Made by a program: the position numbers and the translations under genes. Shown here piece after piece: positions 13,964 to 25,469 of a DNA stretch of 64,000 nucleotides. Position 1 is the stretch's first letter, and every line of letters begins with the position of its first letter. The notes beneath the pieces are model-generated. The model was not told the DNA's origin. It saw only the letters and a list, made by a program, of their open reading frames with translations, and did not search any database. Source of the DNA: Azolla caroliniana (taxonomy: Eukaryota > Plantae > Polypodiophyta); NCBI GenBank assembly GCA_043228905.1, contig JBHGNT010000011.1, positions 2,046,001 to 2,110,000 of the forward strand, in the 5' to 3' direction.

Positions 13964-14196
13964 TGTAGTATGATTAATTACGTAATAACCTCAGGCTTCT
14001 CTCCTATATCTGTCCTCTATCTTTTTCCTTTGATCTGCTGCTCCTTATATATATGTTCCTTGGCGCGCTCCTTCTCCTTCCACGTTTACGGTTGTGTTTA
14101 TTTTGGCTGCTTCTGATTGCTTTCGGTTGTTTTACCTACTATTACCTAATACCTATTACGTTTCACATATGATACTATTTTGGCCCACGGACAACA
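13964..14196 (+). mobile_element. Second family-B LTR, most likely a solo LTR
   Basis: TG...CA termini; flanks TACAC/CACAC; interrupts a minus-strand ORF that reads EEEVNPV|YLIHSGR* once the LTR is removed. Confidence 0.8.
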
Positions 14197-14860
14197 CACA
14201 CCGGATTAACTTCCTCTTCCAGTCGTGTTGGAACCGGAATTACTTGTTTTGTCGGAGGTGTTGGTGGTGTAGTTTCTGACTCGGGTGCTGGTGTGTGCTC
14301 AAACCTATCTTCCTCCGGCTCATCCAGAGTATCATGACTAGATCTATAATTCGAGTGGACGCTCCACTCATCGATGTCTGATTCCAACTCGATTGCCGAA
14401 AAGGCTTTCGAATCACCGACTCCTGCTGCTAAAGTCTACAATACCGCATTAGAGTCGATCAGACTAGTAAGGTTGCTTTCTTCGTCTAAGTGTCGTTGAT
14501 TTTGAATTTGGATTGTCTCGTATGCGACCCACCAAATCTCTCTGGGAAAAGACTGATCCTGCCGAATCTTTTCTACCGCATGCTGGTAAGCCTCCCGCCT
14601 CCGCAGTCGCTCGGCTAGAGTTCTCGCTCGTTCAGCCACTCGGTCATTCGTCTGTCTAGATATCCATCCTTGTTCCTCACTGCTCTATGCAAAATCGTGG
14701 TCATCAAAATTATGTTACTCCTGAGCTGGACTATGCGCTAACACAGGGTATTCCCTTCTGGAATACACATCCAAAGGGTGGTCGGAGATATGGATGGTGA
14801 TTCCTCACTTTGACACTTATCAATAACCGCTACTTCTCGGAACACATACAACGTATCCGT
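14197..14860 (-). pseudogene. Remnant of an extra ORF upstream of the gypsy gag
   Basis: ORFs 14436-14639 and 14175-14387 are in one frame separated by a stop; composition like the adjacent gypsy; no recognisable domain. Confidence 0.4.
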
Positions 14861-14869
14861 CACTCAATT

Positions 14870-14960
14870 TGTGTGGAATAGTGCTCGGCCACATCCGAGT
14901 CTCAAACTCACAATGGAAGAAATAAATAGAAAATAGCAACGCACTTCCGCAGACAACACA
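14870..14960 (-). mobile_element. 3' end fragment of a copia-type LTR
   Basis: Reverse complement TTCTTCCATTGTGAG..ACTCGGATGTGGCCGAGCACTATTCCACACA matches 59390-59440 and 31050-31077. Confidence 0.7.
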
Positions 14961-14964
14961 CTTC

Positions 14965-15874
14965 CTCAAGGGGATTTTCACCACTAGCACAACGGCCAGG
15001 AAGCTGCAGTTCAGGCAGGAGCTCAACAATGTTTGACAGAAAGATCTATCTGTGGTTGATTACACGACCTGAATCAAGGAGATTTGCGACTCTCTTGCCT
15101 CTGTCAATGTGAACGTCGAGGAGGATGAAATGGAGCAGGTTTGTCTTGGAGGGTTAGCGTCAAAGTTCAGAGCATTCCGAACGGTAGTCTATACAAGGGA
15201 GAATACACCTTTGTTCTTCGAGCTTCAGTCGATGTTGCTCGTGGAGGAAAATCATGCGGGTGCGTCGACGAGCACGCACGTCGATGGCAGGATGTTGTAC
15301 ACGGAGGAAGATAGGCCCCGTGGTTGTGGCAGACGAGGCAGATTGGCGTGCAATGGAGGCGGCTGAAAAGAGAAGAACGTGCGGCATTATCGAAATTCCG
15401 GAAGCAGGGGGAGCCATAGCGGCGCCGGAAGCCTGCAAGAGAAGGCCGTGACGGAATGCCAGTATTGTGGCAAGAAAGGTCACAGGGAGAGCGAGTGCTG
15501 GAAGAAGAAAGCTGATTTGGACAAAGCCAAATTGAGCAGAAGAGACGTAGGAAGGTGTTAGAAATTGCACTACGCCGAAGGCTCCGAATGAGCCGAAAAG
15601 GGATCGGGCCCAGACTTTGTAATGAAGCACAAGGCCAATTCGATGGCCATGAACACCTTGAAATCGAGCGAAGTGTGATATGTTGATTCCAGAGTGTCAA
15701 ATCATATGACGAGTTATGAGGAATGGTTCTCGTACTTGGAGAAATAGGAAAAGCAAGGAGTGGTCGAAACGGGAGACGACACTCTGCATACCATTGAACA
15801 TGTCGGAGAAGTTCCTCTCATCAACGTCGGGCAGAAAGGGAAACTTATGAACGTGTTGCACATCCTGACAATAA
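14965..15874 (+). pseudogene. Copia gag-protease fragment
   Basis: TTARKLQFRQELNN, FFELQSMLLVEENH, CQYCGKKGHRESEC knuckle and YVDSRVSNHM protease; same family as 56219-59614. Confidence 0.9.
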
Positions 15875-17799
15875 TAGCAATGGGCACGGTTTTCGCTCAA
15901 ACCGAACCGAACCATTAAACCATGGCTTAACGGTTTATCAGTTCAAATATAAATAGATAGTTTGGTTTGGTTTATAAAGTGTTAGGTCGGTTTGGTTTTG
16001 GTTTGGTTTGGTTTAAAACTTGACGGTTTATCGGTTTATCGGTTCCTTATATATGTGGTTCGGTTGATCGGTTTATAGGTTCATACATACCCCTAGCCCT
16101 TGGGCCCTAATTTTTCACACCAGTTTCTAAGTTCCCACTTTTTAGTGCTCATTTTCAACTTTTCATTTGAAAAATTAAACTTCATCCCTCGGGCCTCTGT
16201 CACGACTCACCAACTCCTATGTGCAAGAAGTTCGAAAAGGAAGTGCAGGCGGCAATAGGCTAACAGGCTACAACCACTTCATCCCTCTTCCTATCATTCT
16301 ATCTTCCTCAAGTATCATACCTCCATACTCTACTCCACTTTCTACCTCAACCACTTCTACTATAGGCTTTAGATATATATAAAATAAAACGTATATAAGC
16401 TATATCAGAAATCAACATTAGACATTCCTCTAGTAACAAATAGGTCAAATGGTGTCAAACAAACATCTTGGCATCCCAGAGCTAGGTTATATTTCTAGTG
16501 AAAAAAGCATTCCAAACAAAAGAGTATCAATGCTCATTCAGTTTTCTAAGCACTTGAAGCTTCATGAAGAAGTTCCATTGTAAAAGCAAGTCCAAGATAG
16601 GAAAATTCGTAGTTGGTTACGGATGTCCAATCTATGGAGGATCTTGGATTCGTATTGTATAAGCGTTCATCTCAATTTTGATGTGTGTAATGATGATGAG
16701 GGCATCAAGAAGAGGGTAGTAGGATACATTATTTCTCGTGTTCCAAAATTCTTTACACAATAGGATGTTGTCTTTACTCCCTTAAGTTATCCAGATTCCT
16801 AGAAAGAAAAGTTGATTGATAATTACTTATAATTGAAAATACAACAGGGTGATAGTAAGGGAGTGCATTTTCTCACCATTGATACATAGTCTCATGATAA
16901 TATACTATATATATATATATATAGAACACAAAAAATTTAATTACCATTGAAATACCAAATTGATTGATTCTATGACGTTTTTCTTGGGTCTGTACAGAGT
17001 CTTCCCTTGGGTTGTAAAGTTCACACCCAAGAAGACTAAACCTGGAAAACATTTGTGTAAAATATTCTGGTCTTATTGTAACATGAATATTGATATTTTA
17101 ATCGTTATTGTTATTTCATTTGTTGCGGATTTTAATGTGGTAGAGGTTATTTCATTTTTGTCTTTTTGTGCTTTTTAATTTGTCCTAATAGGAGCTCCAT
17201 TTCAGTGGGGTAATGATCAGTGTTGGGCAAAGTTTTTAACTCCTACCGGAAATTTTCCTGCTGCTTGTGATCCTAACCGGAAATTAAAAATTTTAACCGG
17301 CCACTTTCCTACAAGTGATAATGTCAACCGGAACATGTTAAATTTTTTTTTTACCACATACCAATTTTTTTTAGCACATGTATGATGCAACAACCATATG
17401 GGCTTTAAGATGCCCCATGTACATATGCACATAGAGAGTCCACTAATCATTATGTTGTCCTAAATATACATATAGCAAACTATCCACCCCACATGAGATC
17501 ATTTGAGTTCAATTGACAAAACCCTCCCCCTTTGATGATAGAAGCATTGTTACATCAGTCAAAAACAATGACTAGCACCACTAAAACCATACAGGTGAGT
17601 ATACCTTTAAGTGAAAAGGATAATCTCTAAGATATGAGTAATGACATACAAGTCCAAGCATCCAAAACTTAGTCGTATGTCCATATTAGCATGTTACTAT
17701 CACAACTCCACAAACAAGGGTCATGTAACTTGAATTTTAGCAAATAAATTACCAGTTGTCTTGTATGTGATATCAGATTGGCAATGATAGGAATATTAC

Positions 17800-18345
17800 C
17801 TCTCTTAACATGGAAAAGTGTATTTCATGGTTTGCAAGAACCAACATTATAAGATCAACATCCTGCTCAATTTCTAGAGTGTCAAAGATGCTATACTAGA
17901 AACAGTTGATAACAATGAAAACCATTTTTATTTCATGTACAGTAGAAAATACATAGAAGTCCATACAAACAATGGAAAGTATTGGAATCAAAGCCACGAA
18001 GATTTATCTCCAAGCAAATGTATGACATGACTTTATGCCCCCCTTCACCTAGGGAGTTTGCATCAACAAAATAACCTAAGATGTAGAAATACTACAGGGT
18101 GGGAACAACATGTGATGGTCATGCTATTTAGCCAGTAGACCCTAGGTTCCTACTTTGATCTGACGCCATCCAGGATCATGATTGAGTCAAAGGTGTATAT
18201 AGTATCAAAGAGTAACTGCCAAACTGTCCATGAAAGGAGTCCCTGGTGTGATTACATTTGAATCACAAGCTTCAAACTTCTCCTTGGGAGGAATAATTCG
18301 ACCTTCTGCCTCAAATTCCCTGCTCAATCTTTCTTCTTTGGTAGC
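17800..18345 (-). pseudogene. XRN3: Captured fragment of a 5'-3' exoribonuclease (XRN2/3/4 family): three consecutive exons with introns
   Basis: Exon 18345-18154: [15 protein letters not shown]...[12 protein letters not shown]...YYIHL*LNHDPGWRQIK. Exon ~18075-17968: [16 protein letters not shown]...HCLYGL. Exon 17862-17800: DVDLIMLVLANHEIHFSMLRE. AG/GT boundaries mostly intact. Exact paralog uncertain. Confidence 0.9.
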
Positions 18346-18895
18346 CTTGATCAAACATGGTAGATTATAATTAATCAGAACATAGTAAAAATTCTATCAA
18401 TCCCTATTTTCAAACAACATGCATAGGCAAGATAGTCCTGTATTTTAAAAAATCACCTTCATTTAGTCTATAATACAGCTTGATTCTCATAAAACAAATA
18501 TAATTTTATTACATTGACATAGACCCATCATTGTAAGTGTGCAATATCCCCTCCACAAATTGATTAGCGAGATTCATGAAATGGAATGAATTGAACTTAA
18601 GAGCCAATATCTCTACGTATACACCATATCAAGTGAAACTAACAAAAGAAAGCTAGATAGGGGAATGATATGATACTCACTCTAGTCAAACTCAAGAGCC
18701 AAGTACCTGATGTAGACCTCGTTGATGATACAAAAGAAACAACGACTCTAATTCTGCTCTCGTTCAAATCAATAGATAAAAAATCATTAAGTTCAATTTA
18801 TCTTCCCCAAAAGAACTTGTTTTTTAAATTAATGCATATTCTTTAACTGATGATTTTGAACATGCAAAATTAAACTTTCACTTTCTAGGCATTAC

Positions 18896-18942
18896 CTTTT
18901 ATGAACATCCACATATTCATCTGTCTCATCATCAATCTCTTC
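18896..18942 (-). pseudogene. Captured exon of a CNNM/DUF21-CBS domain gene
   Basis: tgcag|EEIDDETDEYVDVHKR|gtaat, matching the QEEIxDETDxYxDVHKR motif of plant DUF21/CBS proteins. Confidence 0.75.
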
Positions 18943-19529
18943 CTGCATTATTATTAACCCACAAAGGTGCATGAGATTAAAGAAACAAAGTAGCCCATAG
19001 TCGAGAATCGAGATGTATGTGCAAACTGATTGGAGTTTAATACACTAATGAATTAGCCCCATTAAGGCAACCACGAAAACATACATCTAATGGTTTGACA
19101 AGTCGAGGGTTCCTTCTGCATTTGCGTGGATCGGAAGGCTATCAAACATCTGATAATCTCCACAACATGAGTACAAACAAATGACCTTGCGTCCCACATC
19201 ATTGTTATGCAATTGACACGGAGACAACAGATTAGATCAATCCCCATATTAACTGCACAAAAGATCAAAATGAATAAATTGAGTTGATGATAAACGACTT
19301 AAGCACAAAAAACCCAACCAAACGACTTAAGCACAAACCTTGAAAACAAAACACACTATTCACGAAGAGGTAATACAAAACATAGGAAAAGAGAGGGGAA
19401 ACAGGGGGAAACAGGGATTCGAGAGTTTGGAAACAGGGGGGAAACATGGAAAAGAGGGATTGGATAGTGTAGGGAAACAGGGGAAAACAAACAAAATGTG
19501 GGGGAAACAGAAAGAAAGTGGGAGGGGGA

Positions 19530-19654
19530 AATACGAGAGAGAGGGAGAGAGTGACAGACACTGTGTATGTGTGTAGTAGAGAGAGAGAGAGAGAATTACT
19601 TTTCTTTTTATACGAGAGAGAGGGAGAGAGTGACAGACACTCTGTGTGTGTAGT

Positions 19655-19686
<32 letters not shown>

Positions 19687-19744
19687 TTACTTTTTTTTTA
19701 TACGAGAGAGAGGGAGAGAGTGACAGACACTCTGTGTGTGTAGT

Positions 19745-19779
<35 letters not shown>

Positions 19780-19870
19780 ATTACTTTTTTTTTATACGAG
19801 AGAGAGGGAGAGAGTGACAGACACTCTGTGTGTGTTAGTAGAGAGAGAGAGAGAGAGAGAGAGTTACTTT
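19530..19870 (+). repeat. Four ~80-90 bp units built on (GA)n and (GT)n microsatellites
   Basis: TACGAGAGAGAGGGAGAGAGTGACAGACAC...GAATTACTTTT repeated. Confidence 0.9.
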
Positions 19871-21179
19871 TTTATTACTTTTTTTTGTAATGCATAAATA
19901 GCCGGTTCATAAAATATGAACCGGCTAGATTCCAGTTTTGGGGAAATTCTAGCCGGAATCAATTCCGGCTATTCCCCACCTTGGTCGGCAAAAGTCCTCA
20001 CCCAACCGGAACGCTAACACTGTTCTTGGGACTTTGCCCAACACTGGTAATGATTCTTGAGATATATAATAATGATAAAGATGATAGTAATGAGCTCTAC
20101 GAATGCATTTTGTGAGAATTTGATAACAAATTTAGCCAGAAATTGGATAAGAAATTTTTACCAATGAAGCTCACTAAATATTGGTAAATCAGCTTATAAA
20201 ACATGTGGGAAGGAATCTTTGAAGTGCATCCATGTTTCTCTTTACTTTCTTAAATAGCCTTTAATTTTGTTATTTCTCCAAATGTCCAAATCTATGGATT
20301 AAGCACCTGATTGTTGAAGTGTGTAATTGTTTGAAATTGGGGTCAACCAATGTCAAGTAAAGCAGTTTTGAAAAAGTAGGGGCATTTGCAAGTTTTAACC
20401 TATTCAAAATAATGAATAAAGTAAGGATTATGTCAGTGGTTCACATTTGATAATTTAATTTGCTTCCATCAACTTTAGGTTTGTTTAATCCTCAAAACTC
20501 ATGTTCTTCATTGTTGACAAAAATTTCTCCTTTACTTAGTGGAGAAATATTTTGCACCTCATCACCACCAACTTTTGTGTATGTCCCATGCATGTAAAAG
20601 TAACTTATCATCTTCAATGGATTACCATGTCCTACACATTATCTATTTGTAAGATGCTATATGTTTTATAAATGAGAATGTGATTTTTCGTTACAAGTGG
20701 TTGGTTTGAATCTAACGTCATTTAGCTTGAGGTCATCTAAAATAATCATTATCCTCAGAAAGTATCACAACATTGATATTGAGTGAATCAATACTAAGAA
20801 GACTTAATATGTTAAACTACAATTTGAAGATTTTGTCTTCCATACATCATATAAAAGGACTACATATCTCTCATTGCTTATTATGAACATAAAAATTAGG
20901 CCTTATCAATTTTGGAATTAGCAGGGCCATTGCTTCCAACAAACAATATTTAGGAACATTTTACCACATGCTTGGTAAGTAGGCTCAATCTTTTGATGCT
21001 TGATGACCTTCATGTGCTGATTAAACTAGAAAATTTTGTGGGTGAGTTTTTAGTTATCTAATTCAATTCTATATAACATTTTATAGCAAAGAAGGAACTA
21101 TGTGTGTTATTTGAGTGATTGATATGTGCTGATTGAGTTTTATAGGAACAACATTGAATGGAATCATCATCTCAAACTA

Positions 21180-23296
21180 ATGCAACAATGGAGTCATCTT
21201 TAGTTAATGTTAGCCATGGGCGAACAACTACAAGCAGCTCAAGAAAAAGGCAACGAACATCATGGACAGATGCTCACATCATATCATATATGGATAATGG
21301 CACACCTCGACGATGATGCCATCATTGTGCTATTTGTTGGTCTTCTACAACATCCACAGATACTATAACAAAGCATTTGGCAGAAAAGCATCGTCTATCC
21401 GGTGATTCAAACCAAAATTCAGGTATATCACGACAAATTCAATCTTCTATCGAGTCTGCTAAAGTATCTCATGTTTTAGAGAATAAAATTGATGCTGCCA
21501 TCACAAAGTATATTGTGATGGGAATATTGCCCCATGCATATGTGGAGTCACTTGAATTTAAGGAGTTCATACATCAAATTGTGCCTGGATATCAAGTGAA
21601 GACAAGGCGCATGATTAAATGTTCCATCTTAGAAATGTATGTGGTGTTGCACCATCAGGTGATAGATTTGCTATCTAAATGCGAATCAAGATTTTCCATA
21701 ACTTTTGATGGTTGGTCAAATAGTAGTCTAAAGGGCTTCTACTCGGTGACACTTCATTGGGCATGTCTTGAGACAGCATGGTCGAGGTGAATGTTATTAG
21801 ATTTTGTGCATGTATTTCCAGGTGTAGGATCAGGGAAACGTTGTGCACATGCCCTCTTTCGTCGACTTCGATCCTTTAATATCTCTAGTCGATTATTAGC
21901 TACAATTTTTGATGGAGCTAGTGATGCACAAGCGGCTGCAAAGGAGTTGAGCATGTTGTTACAAAATGAGCATGGTAAGGAAATTTTGGCTTCGTCACAT
22001 ATGTTACGGTGTATGGTACATACTTTTCAGTTGGGCATCAAGTCAGCTTTAGAGGTTATCTCACCCTTAACAGAAAAGTTGAGAACAATTCTCTCGACTA
22101 TAAGATCTAGTAAGGTTTGAAGGGAAGTATTTTGGAAGTATGCTAGGCTAGTTGAACATCGTGAAAGAGAACCCCCAAGGCTTGATGTTGTTACAAGATG
22201 GAATTCTACCTTGGAAATGTTTAGGCAAGCTATCAAGGATAGAGATGTATTGACTTTAACAATTTCAGATTTAACAATATCAAGTGATTTCAATGGTTAT
22301 GTCTTGACCGGAGAAGATTGGAGCCACATACATGCCATGGAGGAATGGCTAGATACACCTGCAGAGGTTTCTACTTTTCTAGGAGGGTCAAGGTATCCCA
22401 CATTATCGCTAGCATCTCTAGCGTATAATTGTTTACTAAATCATTGTAATCAATTTTTGGATTCTTCACTTCCAACATCATCTAGATTCACACAAGAGGT
22501 CAAAGTGCGTCTGAGAATTGCTTACAATATTTAATTAAGTATCAAGAATCGTTGAAGTCTATTCCATCTTCCATAACAATGTTTCTTGATCCCAAGTAAT
22601 GCTTACCTTTATGTCTTACAATTGTCATCATGCTTGCTGATTTTTTATTTGGGTTTTAATTCTTTTTATTCGTTACATAGATTGCCTCTTCCAAATGATC
22701 ATACAGAAAGAGAGTTAGATATTAAGTTGGTTGAAAGCATGATTACATTCCATTACCACTCGTTCTTGAGTGATGTCGAACCATCGTTGGCTTCAACCAT
22801 AATTCCTCCAAATGATAATAACTCTAAAATTTGGAGATTAATGGGTGTAAGTAATAAAAGTCTTGTTTCTGATTCACAATAAAAAATTGAGCACTTTATA
22901 AGACTTCCTTCAGATGGCACAGACAAGGATCCATTACAATGGTGGAATGATAATAAATCTACAATGCCACAACTATATAGGATGGCATGTGATTACCTCG
23001 CTGTACCGGCATCAACAGTACCCGCTGAAGAGGCTAATTCAGCAGCAAAAATGACCTTTGATAATAGGATCAAACTTCATGCACAATCAAAGCTGAAATG
23101 TGTATTCAATCATGGATGGATGTTTTTAAAAGAATCTAATGTTCAATTTCCCGATAATTTTCACACTATTTATGAAGAACTAATAATGAATTTGGATGAT
23201 CTTGTTAGTGAAGATGAGGTAATAGAGTACATCTTACATGATAGTCAAAGGAAAATTAAGGTGTGGTTACTTTTTACTTGGTTGTTTTTTATTTGA
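21180..23296 (+). pseudogene. hAT transposase with stops and frameshifts
   Basis: SITFDGWS, LRCMVHTFQL, LDVVTRWNSTLEMF and YPTLS motifs; dimerisation domain WW...PQLYRMACDYLAVPASTVPAEEANS. Confidence 0.92.
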
Positions 23297-24132
23297 GACG
23301 TTACTTGTTATTTTGATTACTAATTACTTACGTGTTTTATGTATTTTATATATATAGGAATCATGTTGATTCTTCACAAGTTAATGACTATGGTGGTTGC
23401 AATTGGAGATCCTCAAAGTCAATGTAATTTTTACTACATACTTTTTACTATTTTGTTTTTCATTCGATTTTTTATAAATTTATTATTATTAATTACTTAA
23501 TTCTTTTATATATTTTATACTTTCAGGAATCCCTAATTCAAACTTAAAGAAAAGATTGGAAATGAGAAGATGAACACTCATTTACATATATGGATTTGGA
23601 AAATGCTTCATTTGAAGTATAAACTCTATTATATGGATTGTTATTTTTTAGTTACATATTTGGATGTAAAGTTTGAACTCTACTATATGGATTTTACTAT
23701 CATTCCAAAAAACATTTATCTTTTTATGTCATATCTTATCATTTTCTAAAAATTAGTAATTCTCAAAAAATGTGGTGTGAATTTCTATTTATTTTATGAT
23801 ATTTGTTATTCTAGAGTATTTGGTTTGGTTCAATTTGTAGATCCGTTTTCATTGGATTATGTCAAAACAGTTTGGTTTGGTTTGGTTTTTTGTATGATAA
23901 ACTAGTTTGGTTTTAATTTTTGACAAACCGGTTTCGGTTTGGTTTAAAACGGTTTGGTTTCACCTACATTTTAAATGGTTTGGTTTAAATGGTTCAACTC
24001 TAAACAATTCGGTTTAAAGGGCTTCAAAATTTTTAAATGGTTTGGTTTGGTTTGGTTTTTATTATGAATAGTTGGTTTGGTTTGGTTTCAAGGTCAAGAA
24101 ACCGAACTGAAACTGAACTGCGCCCATTGCTA

Positions 24133-24533
24133 AGCACAGAGGTACGGGCCTATCTGGACGGCGATATGCACCTGGGAGAAGCCACTATCCTTCTTCGACT
24201 TGCAATTGATGCTGATGGTCGAGGAAAACCACGCGAGTGGATCGAGGAACACTCAATCGGACATCGGGATGATGTACACGGAGGCGGATCGGCCCCGTGG
24301 GCATGGCGGATGAGGTGGATCAACATCCAACAGTGGCGGTCGACAAGAGCTAGAAAGAAGGCACATAGGTGGTGTAGACAACAGCTCTGATCCTCCACAA
24401 GCACAGGGAGTCAAGGCGGCGTCGGAAACCGGCAATGAAAGGCGAAAATGAAATGCTGGTATTGTTGCAAGAAAGGCCATCGAGAGAGCGAGTGTTGGAA
24501 GAAGTGTGCCGATTCGGACAAATCCGGATCCGG
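24133..24533 (+). pseudogene. Second copia gag fragment (continues at 32036-32240 beyond the gypsy insertion)
   Basis: SFFDLQLMLMVEENH and CWYCCKKGHRESEC; frame restored across the insertion (SGKAGQRSRQSSHYTEG...VWYVDS). Confidence 0.85.
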
Positions 24534-25254
24534 TGTCGTGATGTGGCTCGCCTAGAAGCGTAACATTGCTCAAACAGAAGATAACTTGAAAGTGAGGAAG
24601 GAATCACTAGGATTTTGGACAAAAGAGACGAAACGAGTAAAGATGGAGTAAATAGAGATCAACAAGATATGACAAGATACGATGTAGAATGATATTTGAA
24701 GGAATATAAGAAATTTATAATTATTTCATAAAAGAGTTACAAAATGGTTGTGAGCGTCATTGAACCTTCGAACTTTGTCTCATCAGGTAACCGCTCTTCT
24801 CTTTCTTGATAGTAGACCACAATCTTCCCTTCTATCTTTAGATGATGATATGACTCCAACCTCCGCCCTTTCGTTGCGGGTTGAGTACCACAACCACCAA
24901 GCTAGATTTTCTCTTGTATTTTGAAGATTTTTTATTATCTTCACCTTCTTCTCTTCCTCTTTCTCTCTTATGATGGTTTTTACATTATAATTCTCTCTTG
25001 ATCTGATACAATATAATTATATTCAATCTTATTGATTGATATCTCATACAATATAGTTCTCTTCGATTTCGAATCCTTGATATCCCTTCTATCTATACTC
25101 CCTTCTCCTTTTATAGGAAAGGGATGGTTCTACATGTGGGCCATGTGGCGCACATGTAGAGAGGCTCTTGCATGTGTGCTATATGGTGCACATGTAGTAC
25201 ATTACATACAATTGTAGCTTAAATAAAACAACACATATATTCTTACAAATATTA

Positions 25255-25325
25255 CAAGTATTGGCTAGATGGTAAGGTTTGAGTCTCACAAGCTAGAGGT
25301 TGTTGGTTCATGTCCTCTCTTGCCC
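25255..25325 (+). other. tRNA-like A-box/B-box cassette in the LTR of element C
   Basis: TGGCTAGATGGTA ... GGTTCATGTCC; the other LTR retains GGAGGTTCAAGTCCTC at ~31845. Confidence 0.6.
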
Positions 25326-25469
25326 ATGTACAATGTATTTTTTTCTTTATTTGCCTCATATAATGTATAATATAGTGCTTTGTTCGTATGATCCTTATGT
25401 ATAATACACTATCAAGATTCGTTTTAGTTATGTATTTATCTTATTGTAGACTTTTAATGTGAAGTTGTC

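Larger units (their letters stand above)
17218..20046. mobile_element. Nested non-autonomous hAT (Pack-type) carrying host gene fragments
   Basis: 16-bp perfect TIR CAGTGTTGGGCAAAGT; perfect 8-bp TSD GTAATGAT at 17210-17217 and 20047-20054. Confidence 0.95.
15875..24132 (+). mobile_element. hAT DNA transposon with a decayed transposase
   Basis: TIRs TAGCAATGGGC...GCCCATTGCTA; dense AACCG/GGTTT subterminal repeats at both ends; internal hAT transposase. No matching TSD. Confidence 0.9.

Noticed and set aside
16440-16880. Gag-like fragment within the large hAT
   Set aside because: Only weak resemblance (KLIDNYL*LKIQQG); insufficient support.
17570-17600. Plus-strand LKPYQ|GTGAGT as an inverted XRN exon end
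   Set aside because: Match too short and on the opposite strand to the other exons.
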